From the sequence record SRR20825010_5515: 51,817 nucleotides of DNA. The stretch is one strand, 5' to 3'. The translations under genes were made by a program, and so were the position numbers. This document shows positions 1 through 10,800 of this stretch, piece by piece (within the stretch, counting starts at the first letter, position 1; each line of letters begins with the position of its first letter). A model generated the notes under the pieces. It was not told the DNA's origin. It saw only the letters and a list, made by a program, of their open reading frames with translations, and did no database searches.

Positions 1-87
1 CAATTCACACACAACTTTTAGGATTGATCCATTTAATTGTCTTCAGTTGGCAGTTGCAGTAGGCAGGGAGAAAGTTAAGTGTGCAAG

Positions 88-136
88 TCTTAATTCCAAT
101 ATCTAACTTCTAGTGTCTCACATCTAGTATCCAACT
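88..136. repeat. Degenerate heptamer tandem array (TCYnnnn)x7
   Basis: tcttaat tccaata tctaact tctagtg tctcaca tctagta tccaact, exact 7-bp period; a degenerate CAGTwGG array precedes it at 44-67. Confidence 0.55.
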
Positions 137-150
137 TTCCACGCCTATGC

Positions 151-1422
151 CTAATCATTACCATTTTCATGTTCCTCCAAATCTTTTCTCAGATCCAGTT
201 TTCTAAAAGTAGGGGAGATAGCACCAGTGAATATTACCGTAATTAAGGTCATACAGCCACCAAAAACGACCGCGGTGACCGTACCCATCAATTTGGCCGT
301 TAGTCCACTTTCAAAAGCTCCCAGCTCATTGGAAGATCCAACGAACATAGAATTCACAGAAGCTACCCTGCCACGCATATGATCTGGAGTCCTTAATTGT
401 AAAATAGTTTGTCTAATAATCATGGATATTCCATCGGTAACACCACTAAAAAAAAGTGCTATTACGGAAATCCAGAAAGAAGTGGAAAGTCCAAAGGCAA
501 TTATACAGAGGCCAAAACCAAAAATGGATCCCAGAAGTTTTAAACCTGCATGTTTATTTAACGGAAAATAGGCGGAGGTAAACATGATTATCAAGGCTCC
601 CACGGCCGGGGCTGCACGTAAAATTCCAAATCCCTCCGGACCCACTTTTAGTATATCCTGGGCATAAATGGGTAATAGGGCTATGGCCCCACCAAAAAGT
701 ACGGCAACCATATCCAAAGTGATGGCTCCCAGAATAATTTTGGTGCCAAATACAAATTTCACCCCCTCCTTTAAGCTTTTTATTACTGGTTCCCCGATAT
801 TGGGGTTCAAAATAGGTTTCTTTTTAATTTTGGACAAGATAAGGAGCGCCATTAAAGAAAAGGCAAAAATGAGGCACATGGACCAGTGCACTCCTATCAA
901 ATTTATGCTAAATCCTGCTAAAGCTGGTCCTAGAACAGCGGCCATCTGCCAAACGGAGCTACTCCAAGTAGCGGCATTGGGATATACTTTTTTGGGGACG
1001 ATCAATGCAAATAACGAAAATATGGTGGGCCCTAAAAATGACCTCACAATACCACCTAGAAACACTAAAAAATAAATGGAATACAAAATGGTGTTCTTGG
1101 ACCAATCTTGTACAATTTTGGGCCAAGTGAGCAAAAACAGTCCCAAGCTTATTATAGAAAAACCTAAAATGCATTTTAGGAGCAATCCCTTTTTTTCCTT
1201 TTGATCTACAATATGCCCAGCAAACAATGCCAACGATACTGCGGGAATAACCTCCATAAGTCCTATCATCCCCAAAGAAAGGGGGTTTTTGGTTAAAGAA
1301 TACACCTCCCATTCTATAACCACAAATTGCATGGACCAAGCAAAGACCATGGCAAACCTGACCAACAAAAAAACGTTGAATTCCTTATATCTCAGTGCGG
1401 CATAGGGGTCTCTATTTGCCAT
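151..1422 (-). CDS. MFS transporter (DHA3/EntS-like)
   Basis: 423 aa, about 12 hydrophobic helices, motif-A-like AGHIVDQKEKK, C-terminal TPDHMRGRV. Confidence 0.9.
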   Translation of the reverse strand: MANRDPYAALRYKEFNVFLLVRFAMVFAWSMQFVVIEWEVYSLTKNPLSLGMIGLMEVIPAVSLALFAGHIVDQKEKKGLLLKCILGFSIISLGLFLLTWPKIVQDWSKNTILYSIYFLVFLGGIVRSFLGPTIFSLFALIVPKKVYPNAATWSSSVWQMAAVLGPALAGFSINLIGVHWSMCLIFAFSLMALLILSKIKKKPILNPNIGEPVIKSLKEGVKFVFGTKIILGAITLDMVAVLFGGAIALLPIYAQDILKVGPEGFGILRAAPAVGALIIMFTSAYFPLNKHAGLKLLGSIFGFGLCIIAFGLSTSFWISVIALFFSGVTDGISMIIRQTILQLRTPDHMRGRVASVNSMFVGSSNELGAFESGLTAKLMGTVTAVVFGGCMTLITVIFTGAISPTFRKLDLRKDLEEHENGND

Positions 1423-1524
1423 GAACCATTTTATATTAGAAATCTAAAAGTATATTCCAGTGGTGGTCTTTAGGTAATATGATTGAGAATTAGGATGCAC
1501 AATTCATTTATTGGTAAGCAGGTA

Positions 1525-2103
1525 CTATATTTTCTTAACAAATTTTGTTAGGATAACAATTTGTTGGCCATCAACTTTTCCTTCTATGTATTCCGCATTT
1601 TCATGATCAAGGGAAACACGCCTTACGGCCGTACCTCTTTTGGCAACCATACTAGACCCTTTTACCGGTAGGTCCTTGATAAGGACAACACTATCACCTG
1701 CTTCAATAACGGCACCATTGCTGTCACGATGTATAATTTGATTCTCGGAAGGTGCACCTTCACCTGTGCCCTTGGCCCATTCCAAATCCTCTTCCCCCAA
1801 ATACATTATATCCAGCAGATCTTGAGGCCACCCTTCCTTTCTTAACCTGCTTAACATTCGCCAAGCGATAACTTTTACCGGCGTATGTTCACTCCACATA
1901 CTATCATTTAAACATCGCCAGTGGTTGGGATCTGTGTTATCCGGGTTTTCAATTTGATCCTTACAAACTTCACAAACCAAAAGATTAGCTTCCAAACCTT
2001 CTTTTTTTGGTGGTTGAACTTCAAATACACTTAATTTTTCAGTACTGGTACATAACTCACATTGGTGATTGCTTCTTTTGCCCAATTCCCTTTCAATATT
2101 CAT
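1525..2103 (-). CDS. PhnA/YjdM-family zinc-ribbon protein
   Basis: CELC and CEVC zinc pairs; C-terminal DSNGAVIEAGDSVVLIKDLPVKG PhnA domain; start moved to the ATG at 2103 (MNIERE). Confidence 0.85.
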   Translation of the reverse strand: MNIERELGKRSNHQCELCTSTEKLSVFEVQPPKKEGLEANLLVCEVCKDQIENPDNTDPNHWRCLNDSMWSEHTPVKVIAWRMLSRLRKEGWPQDLLDIMYLGEEDLEWAKGTGEGAPSENQIIHRDSNGAVIEAGDSVVLIKDLPVKGSSMVAKRGTAVRRVSLDHENAEYIEGKVDGQQIVILTKFVKKI

Positions 2104-2123
2104 TGTAATAGATTTTATAGGGA

Positions 2124-2131
2124 CAAATGTA
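2124..2131 (-). promoter_or_regulatory. Bacteroidetes sigma70 -7 element for the PhnA-family gene
   Basis: TACATTTG matches TAnnTTTG, 20 bp upstream of the ATG at 2103. Confidence 0.55.
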
Positions 2132-2305
2132 AACGAATTGAATAAATGGTTGCTATGGAAATGTAAAAAATGGGTCAAAGGATATAAGTGAAAAATCAAA
2201 TTATTATATATATCCAAGTATTGTCCTAATTAGGCATTGTTTATAAGTTCTGGTAGCTAAACTTTATTTAAGTGGGATAGACCTTTATTTTTGTTTCCTT
2301 TTTTT

Positions 2306-2659
2306 ATGGAAGATTTAAAGGTAGGGGATAAGTTATATAATGTAAGTCAAAACGGATTTGGTGATTTTTACAGGTATTCTTTTTCGGAAGTGGTACGACT
2401 TACCAAGACTTTGGCAGTCTTGGAAAATGGGGTTCGATTAAGAAATAAACCCGTAAAGTCTTTGATCAACGACGAGATAGGTTATTCTCTTGCCACAAAT
2501 AGATGGGTGTATTGGCATATTGTATCCGATGAGATTTTGCGTAGAGCTGAAAAGGAGAATGAAGTGATTGCCATACACGATTGGTTTAGAGATCGTTCCT
2601 TTAATTTTTTAGAAAAAACAATGATCTATAATTTATTTAAGGAAAAGGGAATACTTTAA
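2306..2659 (+). CDS. Hypothetical protein
   Basis: ORF from the ATG at 2306 (MEDLKVGDKLYNV); no motif recognised. Confidence 0.65.
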   Translation: MEDLKVGDKLYNVSQNGFGDFYRYSFSEVVRLTKTLAVLENGVRLRNKPVKSLINDEIGYSLATNRWVYWHIVSDEILRRAEKENEVIAIHDWFRDRSFNFLEKTMIYNLFKEKGIL

Positions 2660-2917
2660 GCAATCTTAGATTTTAGTTTTTTTTGGTACCTAATTACATA
2701 AAACAACATAAGCTATAAGTTATAAGGATTCCTATTGAAAAAATCCACAGTTTATAGAATTTCTCTTAAAGCTTGATTTCATTAAGAAGTCATAACTATC
2801 TCAATGTGGTACATCCAAAACATAGTTATTTAGCCAAGTATTCTTGATAAAGTTCAATTATTTTAAAGAATTTCGTAATATAGAATTACCGATAGAATAT
2901 AACCTAATCCAACTTTC

Positions 2918-5116
2918 TTATCCCACTACTTGTTTTTCGGTTACAAAGGGTTGATGATAGTGCCGCTGTCCCGTTGCTTTGTACAGGGCATTGGCCAAAG
3001 CCCCTATAGCAGGCGGCAGGCCAGGCTCTCCCAGTCCAGTTGGGTCTATTTCGTTTTCAACAAAGAACACCTCAATTTCCTTTGGTGCCTGTGAATGTCT
3101 GATCAACTGATATTTGTCAAAATTCATTTGGTTGGGTGCCCCATTTTCAAAGGTTAGTTGGCTATACATGGAATGTCCAATACCATCAATAACACCACCT
3201 TGAATCATATTCTTAGCTGCATCTTTATTTACCACAATACCGCAATCTACGGCACACCATACCTTTTCCACAATTGGCTGTCCATTGTTGAGGACCATAT
3301 CAAATACTTCGGCAACATAGGTAGAATGGCAAAAATAGGCAGCTACTCCACGATGAACATTGGGTTTTGTTGTTCCCCAATTGGCTTTTTCCTTGACTAG
3401 CTTCAATACTCCTGCATACCGCTCTGCTTCGTATTCATGTTTCTCCCCTACAGGGTCTTTTATGGCACGATCAAACAATTCCAAACGAAAATCTATAGGA
3501 TCTTTGCCTGCGGCTTCAGCCACTTCGTCAAGAAATGCTTGTTCGGCCCCCGCCGTAAAATTAGATCTTGGTGCCCGCCAGGCTCCTGTGGTAACATTGG
3601 TTGGCGCCTTGATTTTTTCGGCCGAATAATTTTCAACCGCCCCGGCAGGGAATCGGTTTGGAAATACAGGACCTTCTGGTAATCCGGCACCCTTTACGGT
3701 GAAAGCGATAAGATTATTGTTCTCATCGAGACCTGCTTTATAGACAGAACGATAGGTAGGGCGATAGGTTCCCTGCGTCATATCATCCTCCCTGCTATAT
3801 ATAAGTTTAACGGGAGCCCCTATTTTTTTGGAAATAGCAGCTGCTTCAACTCCAAAATGTACATAAAGCCTTCTGCCAAAACCGCCTCCTATACGGGTCA
3901 TGTTTACGGTAACATTTTCCAGGGGTAGGTTCAATAATTTGGAAACTGAACCTTCCAAGGCTTCAGGAGTCTGCGTTGGACCAATAAGTTCTGCCGAATC
4001 TGCCGTAACATTGGCAAAAAAGTTCATGGGTTCCAAGGTATTGTGGGCTATGAAAGGGGCACTATATGTTCGTTCTATAATTTTAGCGGCTTTTTTAAAG
4101 GCAGCATCCGGATTTCCATCCTTTCTACTTTCCATTACCTCCCCAGATACCAAGGCTTTTTCCAGTCTTTTTACATGTATTGCTGAACTTTCCAACTCTC
4201 CGGTAGTTTCCCAGTTAGCTTTCAGGGCCTTTTTGGCCTGCATTAATTCCCAGGTAGAATCGCCTACTATAGCAATTAATTGTTTAAAACCTTTTTCGTC
4301 GAACCCACCAGGTTCTTCAACAGTGGTATCAACAATAAAGGCATCCTTGACCCCAGGCATACTTTTTATCTCTGCTTCGTTAAAGTCTTTTATCGTCATG
4401 CCAAATGCCGGAGGGTGCTGTATCATGGCCAGTTGCATACCATCCCTATGGAAATCGAGTCCAAACAAAGGTTGGCCTGTAACTATTTTTTTGCCATCTA
4501 CATTCTTGATACTGCTGCCTATTAATTTGAAATCCTTGACTCCTTTTAGCTCCACTTCCTTTGGTACTTCAATTCCAACTGCCTTGGAGGCTATCTCCCC
4601 GTAGGTAACTGTTCGTTCTCCATTAATTTCTTTGATGACTCCTTCACTGGCGGTCAGATCTGACAACTGTACGCCCCATTCTTTTGCAGCTGCTTCCAAT
4701 AACATTCTTCTGCCAGTTGCGCCTGCCATGCGCAGTGCATTCCAGCTTAAACGAATTGACAAACTTCCGCCTGCAAATTGATTCTGGTACCATCCTGTGT
4801 TTAGGGGTGCTTGTTCAACCACGACATTTTCCCAAGGCACATCCAATTCTTCAGCCACTATCATCGGCATAGAGGTCCGCACATTTTGTCCTATTTCAGG
4901 ATTGGGCGAATAAATGGTAACTAAACCCGTATCCCCAATTTTGATATATCCGTTGATTTCGAACCATTCTTTAGGCATTGCCACTCCGGGCTCCGGTTCA
5001 GGTGTATTTGGCTTGCAGCCGTTAAGCCAACTAAAACCTATTAGCATACCACCACCGGCGGCGGCTGAAACCTTTATGAAGGAACGACGATTATATTGAG
5101 TTTTTATCCGTGTCAT
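2918..5116 (-). CDS. Xanthine dehydrogenase-family molybdopterin-binding subunit (IorB-like), Tat-exported
   Basis: Tat motif NRRSFIK; PEIGQNV, GGGFGRR, GAWRAP and GLGEPG Moco-binding motifs. Confidence 0.9.
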   Translation of the reverse strand: MTRIKTQYNRRSFIKVSAAAGGGMLIGFSWLNGCKPNTPEPEPGVAMPKEWFEINGYIKIGDTGLVTIYSPNPEIGQNVRTSMPMIVAEELDVPWENVVVEQAPLNTGWYQNQFAGGSLSIRLSWNALRMAGATGRRMLLEAAAKEWGVQLSDLTASEGVIKEINGERTVTYGEIASKAVGIEVPKEVELKGVKDFKLIGSSIKNVDGKKIVTGQPLFGLDFHRDGMQLAMIQHPPAFGMTIKDFNEAEIKSMPGVKDAFIVDTTVEEPGGFDEKGFKQLIAIVGDSTWELMQAKKALKANWETTGELESSAIHVKRLEKALVSGEVMESRKDGNPDAAFKKAAKIIERTYSAPFIAHNTLEPMNFFANVTADSAELIGPTQTPEALEGSVSKLLNLPLENVTVNMTRIGGGFGRRLYVHFGVEAAAISKKIGAPVKLIYSREDDMTQGTYRPTYRSVYKAGLDENNNLIAFTVKGAGLPEGPVFPNRFPAGAVENYSAEKIKAPTNVTTGAWRAPRSNFTAGAEQAFLDEVAEAAGKDPIDFRLELFDRAIKDPVGEKHEYEAERYAGVLKLVKEKANWGTTKPNVHRGVAAYFCHSTYVAEVFDMVLNNGQPIVEKVWCAVDCGIVVNKDAAKNMIQGGVIDGIGHSMYSQLTFENGAPNQMNFDKYQLIRHSQAPKEIEVFFVENEIDPTGLGEPGLPPAIGALANALYKATGQRHYHQPFVTEKQVVG

Positions 5117-5148
5117 GATTTTTCTTTTTTTGATGTACCTAGCAATTT

Positions 5149-5613
5149 TTAAGCGATTTTTGAATCTGCAGCAGTCTTGATAGCTTTCTTAATGCGGGTA
5201 TACGTGCCACAACGACAAATATTTCCGTTCATAGCTCCTTCGATTTCCTCATCGGTGGGATTCGGATTCTTTTTAAGGAAAGCACTAGCGTTCATGATTT
5301 GACCAGCTTGACAATATCCACATTGATACACATCTTCTTCCATCCATGCCAGTTGCACCGGATGGTCGCCATTTTCGGATAGGCCCTCGATGGTAGTAAT
5401 ATTTTGATCTCCTACTGCCGAAATGGGCAATTGGCAGGAGCGTACGGCATTATCATCAAGGTGTATGGTACATGCACCGCATTGTGAAATGCCGCAACCG
5501 TATTTTGTGCCGACCAATTTTAGATGGTCTCGCAATACCCAAAGCATGGGTGTAGTGGGGTCAACATCCAATTGCTCGGTTTTCCCGTTGATTTTAAGAT
5601 TGAAGTTTGCCAT
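5149..5613 (-). CDS. (2Fe-2S)-binding subunit (IorA/CoxS-like)
   Basis: [11 protein letters not shown] and QCGYC..CRC cluster motifs; directly upstream of the Moco subunit. Confidence 0.92.
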   Translation of the reverse strand: MANFNLKINGKTEQLDVDPTTPMLWVLRDHLKLVGTKYGCGISQCGACTIHLDDNAVRSCQLPISAVGDQNITTIEGLSENGDHPVQLAWMEEDVYQCGYCQAGQIMNASAFLKKNPNPTDEEIEGAMNGNICRCGTYTRIKKAIKTAADSKIA

Positions 5614-5648
5614 GATTTTAGTGTAAGAGAATGATTATGTTGAATTTA

Positions 5649-5656
5649 CAAAATTA
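5649..5656 (-). promoter_or_regulatory. -7 promoter element for the iorAB-like operon
   Basis: TAATTTTG on the minus strand, 35 bp upstream of the ATG at 5613. Confidence 0.5.
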
Positions 5657-5806
5657 TTGGATGTAATTTAGGGGGATATCCTATTTTTTATCAAGAATGT
5701 ATCGATGATTATGTTAAAATTCCTGGTTATACTTATTTCATCACCTGCTTTTTTGAGCTTATGAATTACATTTTCGTAAAAAATCAAACATCATACAGGA
5801 AAGTAT

Positions 5807-6403
5807 TTAAAACAAACGTTCGGTTTCGTAACCAAAAACGACCAGCATGATCACCTCATATTTCTTGCCCAATTTTTCCCTGAGAATACCAAATGCTTTG
5901 GTGATCTGGCCTTCTACCGTTTTTTTGGATACGTTGAGGTATTCCGATATTTCAATGTTGGTAAGGCCTTCTTTTTTACTCATAAGAAAAATCTGTTGGC
6001 ATTTTGGGGGCAACTCATTGATGGCATTAAAAAGTATTCCCAATATTCTTTGTTCCTGCAATTCGTCCTTTTCTTCAACCGCCAACTCCAAAGCTTCGAT
6101 ATACTTTTTTTCCAGGGCCATTACCGCCTTGCCCTTTCGGTACTGGTCAATAAACTTATTGTGAACGGATTTGTACAAATAATTTTCCAAGGAAAAATCA
6201 TGTTTCAGTTTGTGTCGCTTTTCCCAAACTTGTACAAATACATTTTGTACTATGTCTTCGGCCATAAGATCATCCTTAATTAGACTGTGGGCATAAACAC
6301 ATAGTCTGTTGTGATAATGTTCCACCAAATATTCATAGGCAGCTTCATTTCCCTTTTTTAAGTCTTCGATAAGAACGGATTGGTTCTCGAAATTCCCCTT
6401 CAT
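5807..6403 (-). CDS. ECF sigma-70 factor (Bacteroidetes expansion family)
   Basis: AEDIVQNVFVQVWEKR region 2; LPPKCQQIF..GLTNIEISEYLNVSKKTVEGQI region 4; divergent from fecR; likely start at the ATG at 6403. Confidence 0.92.
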   Translation of the reverse strand: MKGNFENQSVLIEDLKKGNEAAYEYLVEHYHNRLCVYAHSLIKDDLMAEDIVQNVFVQVWEKRHKLKHDFSLENYLYKSVHNKFIDQYRKGKAVMALEKKYIEALELAVEEKDELQEQRILGILFNAINELPPKCQQIFLMSKKEGLTNIEISEYLNVSKKTVEGQITKAFGILREKLGKKYEVIMLVVFGYETERLF

Positions 6404-6513
6404 TTTGCGATTTGGTTTTTTTTGGTTTGAAATTATGGTAAATATGAAAAAAAAATGTGAAAAAAATAAGGGTTTCTTAAAACGGCTTCGTATAAATGTC
6501 AATTGTGTAGCTT

Positions 6514-7680
6514 ATGAAACCAAAAAAGGTATATAAATTAATAGTAAAATATATTACGTCTTCGATCTCTGCCAAGGAGTTGGATCAATTGGAAATTGAA
6601 CTTAAGAAGCCTTCAAATGATCAGCTTTTTAACGATTATATAAAATTGAATTATAGAATTGACCGTAAAATGAAATCCTACGATACAGAGAAATCAAAAC
6701 GCCTTTTGCTGGATAAAATTAAGAAAGACAAAAGCAATCTTGAAAGATTCAAGTTAAGAAGTTTCCTAAAGTATGCCGCGATTGTAATTTTTTCAATGAC
6801 CTTGGGGTACTTTGTCAATGAAAATATAACTGAAGAGAATCCTGCCAAAGTATTTGCCCCAAAAGAGAATTTTATTACCCTGGAACGTGAGGATGGAAAT
6901 ATCCAAGTTATATCGGAAGATGGCACCTTAGAAGTAATCGACTCTGAAGGTAATGTAGTCGGCTCCCAAGTGGGTACCCAACTAGTTTATACCAATTCAA
7001 ACAAAACCGGGTCGGAAGAACCTATCTTCAATACACTCCATGTGCCATATGGCAAGCATTTTGAACTAAAGCTATCCGACGGTTCCGTGGCCTATTTAAA
7101 TTCGGGCTCATCCCTAAAGTATCCGGTGGAATTTATAGAAGGAAAAGAGCGAAGGGTATACTTGACCGGTGAGGCCTTTCTGGAAGTAGCGAGGGATACG
7201 GACCGGCCTTTTATTGTAAATGCTGCTGATTTGAATATTAAGGTTTTTGGAACCAAGTTCAATGTATCGGCTTATCCTGAAGATCAACTAAAGGAGGTGG
7301 TTTTGGTAGAGGGGTCTGTAGGGTTGTTCCCGGGAACGGAATTAACCGATGGTGGTGAAGGAACACTGCTTATTCCGGGCCATAAAGGGAGCTACGATAA
7401 TACAGAAGGTAATATTGCCACGGAAGAAGTGGTTACCAGTATATATACTTCTTGGGTGAACGGGGTATTGGTCTTCAGGAATATGACTTTCGAGAACATC
7501 CTAAAAAAACTGGAGAGACACTACGATGTAAAGATCGTTAACAAAAATTCGAAACTAGCGTCGGCCAAGTTCAATGCCAGTTTTGGGGACATGCCAATCA
7601 ATAAAATATTGGACTACTTTAAGAGTGAGTACAGTATTGATTATTCTGTAATTGATGACCATGAAATAATTGTAAACTAA
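6514..7680 (+). CDS. FecR-family anti-sigma factor
   Basis: One TM helix; LSDGSVAYLNSGSSLKYP, GEAFLEV and VFGTKFNVSAY FecR motifs. Confidence 0.92.
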   Translation: MKPKKVYKLIVKYITSSISAKELDQLEIELKKPSNDQLFNDYIKLNYRIDRKMKSYDTEKSKRLLLDKIKKDKSNLERFKLRSFLKYAAIVIFSMTLGYFVNENITEENPAKVFAPKENFITLEREDGNIQVISEDGTLEVIDSEGNVVGSQVGTQLVYTNSNKTGSEEPIFNTLHVPYGKHFELKLSDGSVAYLNSGSSLKYPVEFIEGKERRVYLTGEAFLEVARDTDRPFIVNAADLNIKVFGTKFNVSAYPEDQLKEVVLVEGSVGLFPGTELTDGGEGTLLIPGHKGSYDNTEGNIATEEVVTSIYTSWVNGVLVFRNMTFENILKKLERHYDVKIVNKNSKLASAKFNASFGDMPINKILDYFKSEYSIDYSVIDDHEIIVN

Positions 7681-7763
7681 TTAATTAAAATTAAAACATA
7701 TACCGCCAATGAAGAACTAAAAAAACCAAAAAATCCACTTTATACCACCCTGGGAAGGGTTCA

Positions 7764-7798
7764 TAAAAAAATCGGAAAATGCGTCACCATTTCCCGAT
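7764..7798 (-). terminator. Hairpin with a U-tract on the antisense strand between fecR and susC
   Basis: Minus strand reads ATCGGGAAATG-gtgacg-CATTTTCCGAT then a T-run; pairing is complete on the minus strand (G-U) and has an A-C mismatch on the plus strand. Confidence 0.6.
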
Positions 7799-7850
7799 CG
7801 GTAGAAGTGATTAACCATTAAGTATAACCACAATCAAACATTATAAAAGT

Positions 7851-10800
7851 ATGAAAAAAATTCTTGACCAAAAGAGAAGGTCGTACCCATTGCTTAAACT
7901 CAGTTTAAAGATGAAGATCAGTATGTTATTCATGTTTTTGGTACTGTTTACCATGCAGGCCAATTCATCCTATGCACAGCGTACAAAGATTACATTGGAC
8001 CTTAACAATGTAACGGTAGAAAGGCTGATTGATGAAATTGAAAGTAAAACAGATTTCCACTTTGTATACCAAATAAAAGAAGTTGATCTAAACCGTGTAG
8101 TAAGTGTAAAAGCCAATAAAGAGTTGGTGACTAAAATCCTTGAAAGGATATTTGGAAACACTAGGACCACGCATAATGTGGTAGACAAACAAATTTTCCT
8201 CAAAGAACGTGAGGCTAAGGCCAATACCTTCAAACAGGAGGTCCAAAACAGTCCAGTCAAGCTTCAGCAGTTGGTTTCTGGGGTTATTACGGATAGCGAC
8301 GGTATTCCTTTGGCAGGTGCCAATGTGGTAGAAAAAGGGACTACCAACGGCGTTACTGCCGATTTTGATGGTAATTTTTCTATTGAGGTGGCCAATGAAA
8401 GTGCAACTTTAGTGATTTCCTATATTGGGTACTCTACCAAGGAAGTTCCTCTTAATGGACAGGCCAGTGTTAATATTGTTCTGGAAGAAAGTGCTGCAGG
8501 ACTGGATGAGGTAGTAGTTGTGGGTTATGGTGTTCAAAAAAAGTCGGATATCACTGGAGCCGTGTCCAATATTTCCGAAGAAAAATTACAGAGCAGACCT
8601 ACAGCAAATTTTTCAGATGCTTTGCAAGGGCGCAGTAGCGGGGTTCAAATTAGACAATCTGGTGGAGATTTGGACGGTAAGTTTCAAATAGCTATCCGTG
8701 GCGTTGGATCGGTGACCGGAAGTAATGATCCATTGATCGTTGTAGATGGTGTTCCTTTGGTCAGCGCAAGTTTTTCCACTATAAACCCAAAGGATATTGC
8801 TTCAATAGACATTTTGAAGGATGCCTCTGCTACAGCCATCTATGGGGCAAGGGCCGCCAACGGTGTTGTAATTATCACCACCAAAAAAGGAACAGTTGGC
8901 AAACCCCAATTAACCTATAGTTCAGACGTGAGTATAGAACATATTTCTGAACGCTATGATGTTATGTCGACTGAGCAGCAGAGATTACTTTTTGTTGAGG
9001 CCTTTAAAAATTCCAATAGAAGTACTGCTGTATATGATGACCCAAATAACCCTATTTGGCAGGTAGATAACGATTGGCAGGATCTAGGTACGCGTGCAGG
9101 AATTCGTCAGATACATAATTTGAATTATTCTGGAGGTACCGAGAACACACAATATTCGGCTTCTGCCTCGTATCAGAACCGTACGGGTATTTTGCTGAAT
9201 ACGGATATAAAAACCTATTCCTTAAGAACCAATTTAAGCTCACAGGTTAATGATTGGCTTAAAATTAGTACTAATATAACCGGGAGCTACCAACCTCAAA
9301 ACTATTCTGATGGGGATGACTGGGGATCTACAGGTTATAGAGGTTTTGTTTACCAGCATAGTTACACTCCGGCCTATGATGAGAATGGCGAACTAGCCAA
9401 TATAGATACGGCATCGGCTCCGTATTTTGGTGCGAATACCAATCCACTGGTCCCACTTTTGTTACCTACCAAGGAATTGAACACTACAAGATTACTGGGC
9501 AATTTCCAAACGAATATCAGGCTTATGGATGGGCTTTTCTTTAACACCAATTTAGGTGGTGATTTAGTCCGTGTAGAGGGGTACACCTATAATCCTATTT
9601 ATTCAATTGGCAGAATGATCAACACTCAAGGTTCGGTAACAGTATCGAATAACAGTGATACCAACTGGGTGGCTGATGCCACTCTGGATTATACCAAGGA
9701 ATTTAATAAGCATGATTTAAAATTATTGGTAGGGGTATCGGCGCAACAGTTTCTATTGCGAAGAACTTCAGCATTTGGAACTGGGACCATTGATAATTCC
9801 TTGAATCAGTTATCAAATCAGACCAGTTTTAATAGTACTGGAAGTAATGTAAAAGGGGGACTGGCCTCTTCATTTGCAAGATTGAACTACGGGTTTGACG
9901 ATAGATATTTATTGACCGCTACGGTAAGGAGGGATGGATCTTCACGTTTCGGACCTGATAAGAGATATGGTGTATTTCCGTCTGCCTCACTGGCATGGAG
10001 AGTTTCTCAGGAAAATTTCCTCAAAAATAGTACTACTTTGAATGATTTGAAGTTTCGTGTGAGTTATGGACTTACAGGAAATCAGAATATTGGGAATTTC
10101 GAGTTTATTACAAGAGCCGCTTCTACACCCTATATATTTGGCAATACTGTGGTGGTCGGTAACTCGGCATCCAATATTGGAAATCCATCTTTACAGTGGG
10201 AGGCAAACAAGCAGTTGGATATTGGAGTGGATTTTGCCCTCTTCAAGAGCAGAATTAGTGGTACTATAGATTATTACGATAAAAAATCTGAAGACCTGTT
10301 GATCCAGAACCCAATTCCTTTGACAGCGGGCGTGCCCAATCCTCCTATTGTTAATATTGGTTCGGTGCGAAATTCGGGAATCGAATTTGCCATTTTTACG
10401 AGAAACCTTACAGGAAAATTTAAATGGTCTACCGATTTCAATATTTCCTACAATGAAAATGAAGTGTTGGACATAGGGAGCAATTCTGCGGGCGAGCCTT
10501 TGGAAATTCCGGGCCAGAATATCCCGTTATCCAATGTTCCAACGAATTTAACGGTAGCCGGACGACCAGTGGGCGCTTTTAATATGTACATATTTGACGG
10601 TATGTGGCAGTTGGGCGAAGAAGCAGAGGCTGCAACATGGTTTAATGCGGTACCAGGAGATCCAAAATACAGGGATCTTAACAACAATGGACTCTTAGAT
10701 GCCGGGGATAGGGCTTTTGTAGGCAACCCGCATCCAAAATTTATTGGAGGAATGGACAATACCTTTTCTTATAAGAATCTTTCATTATCTGTTTTTATGA

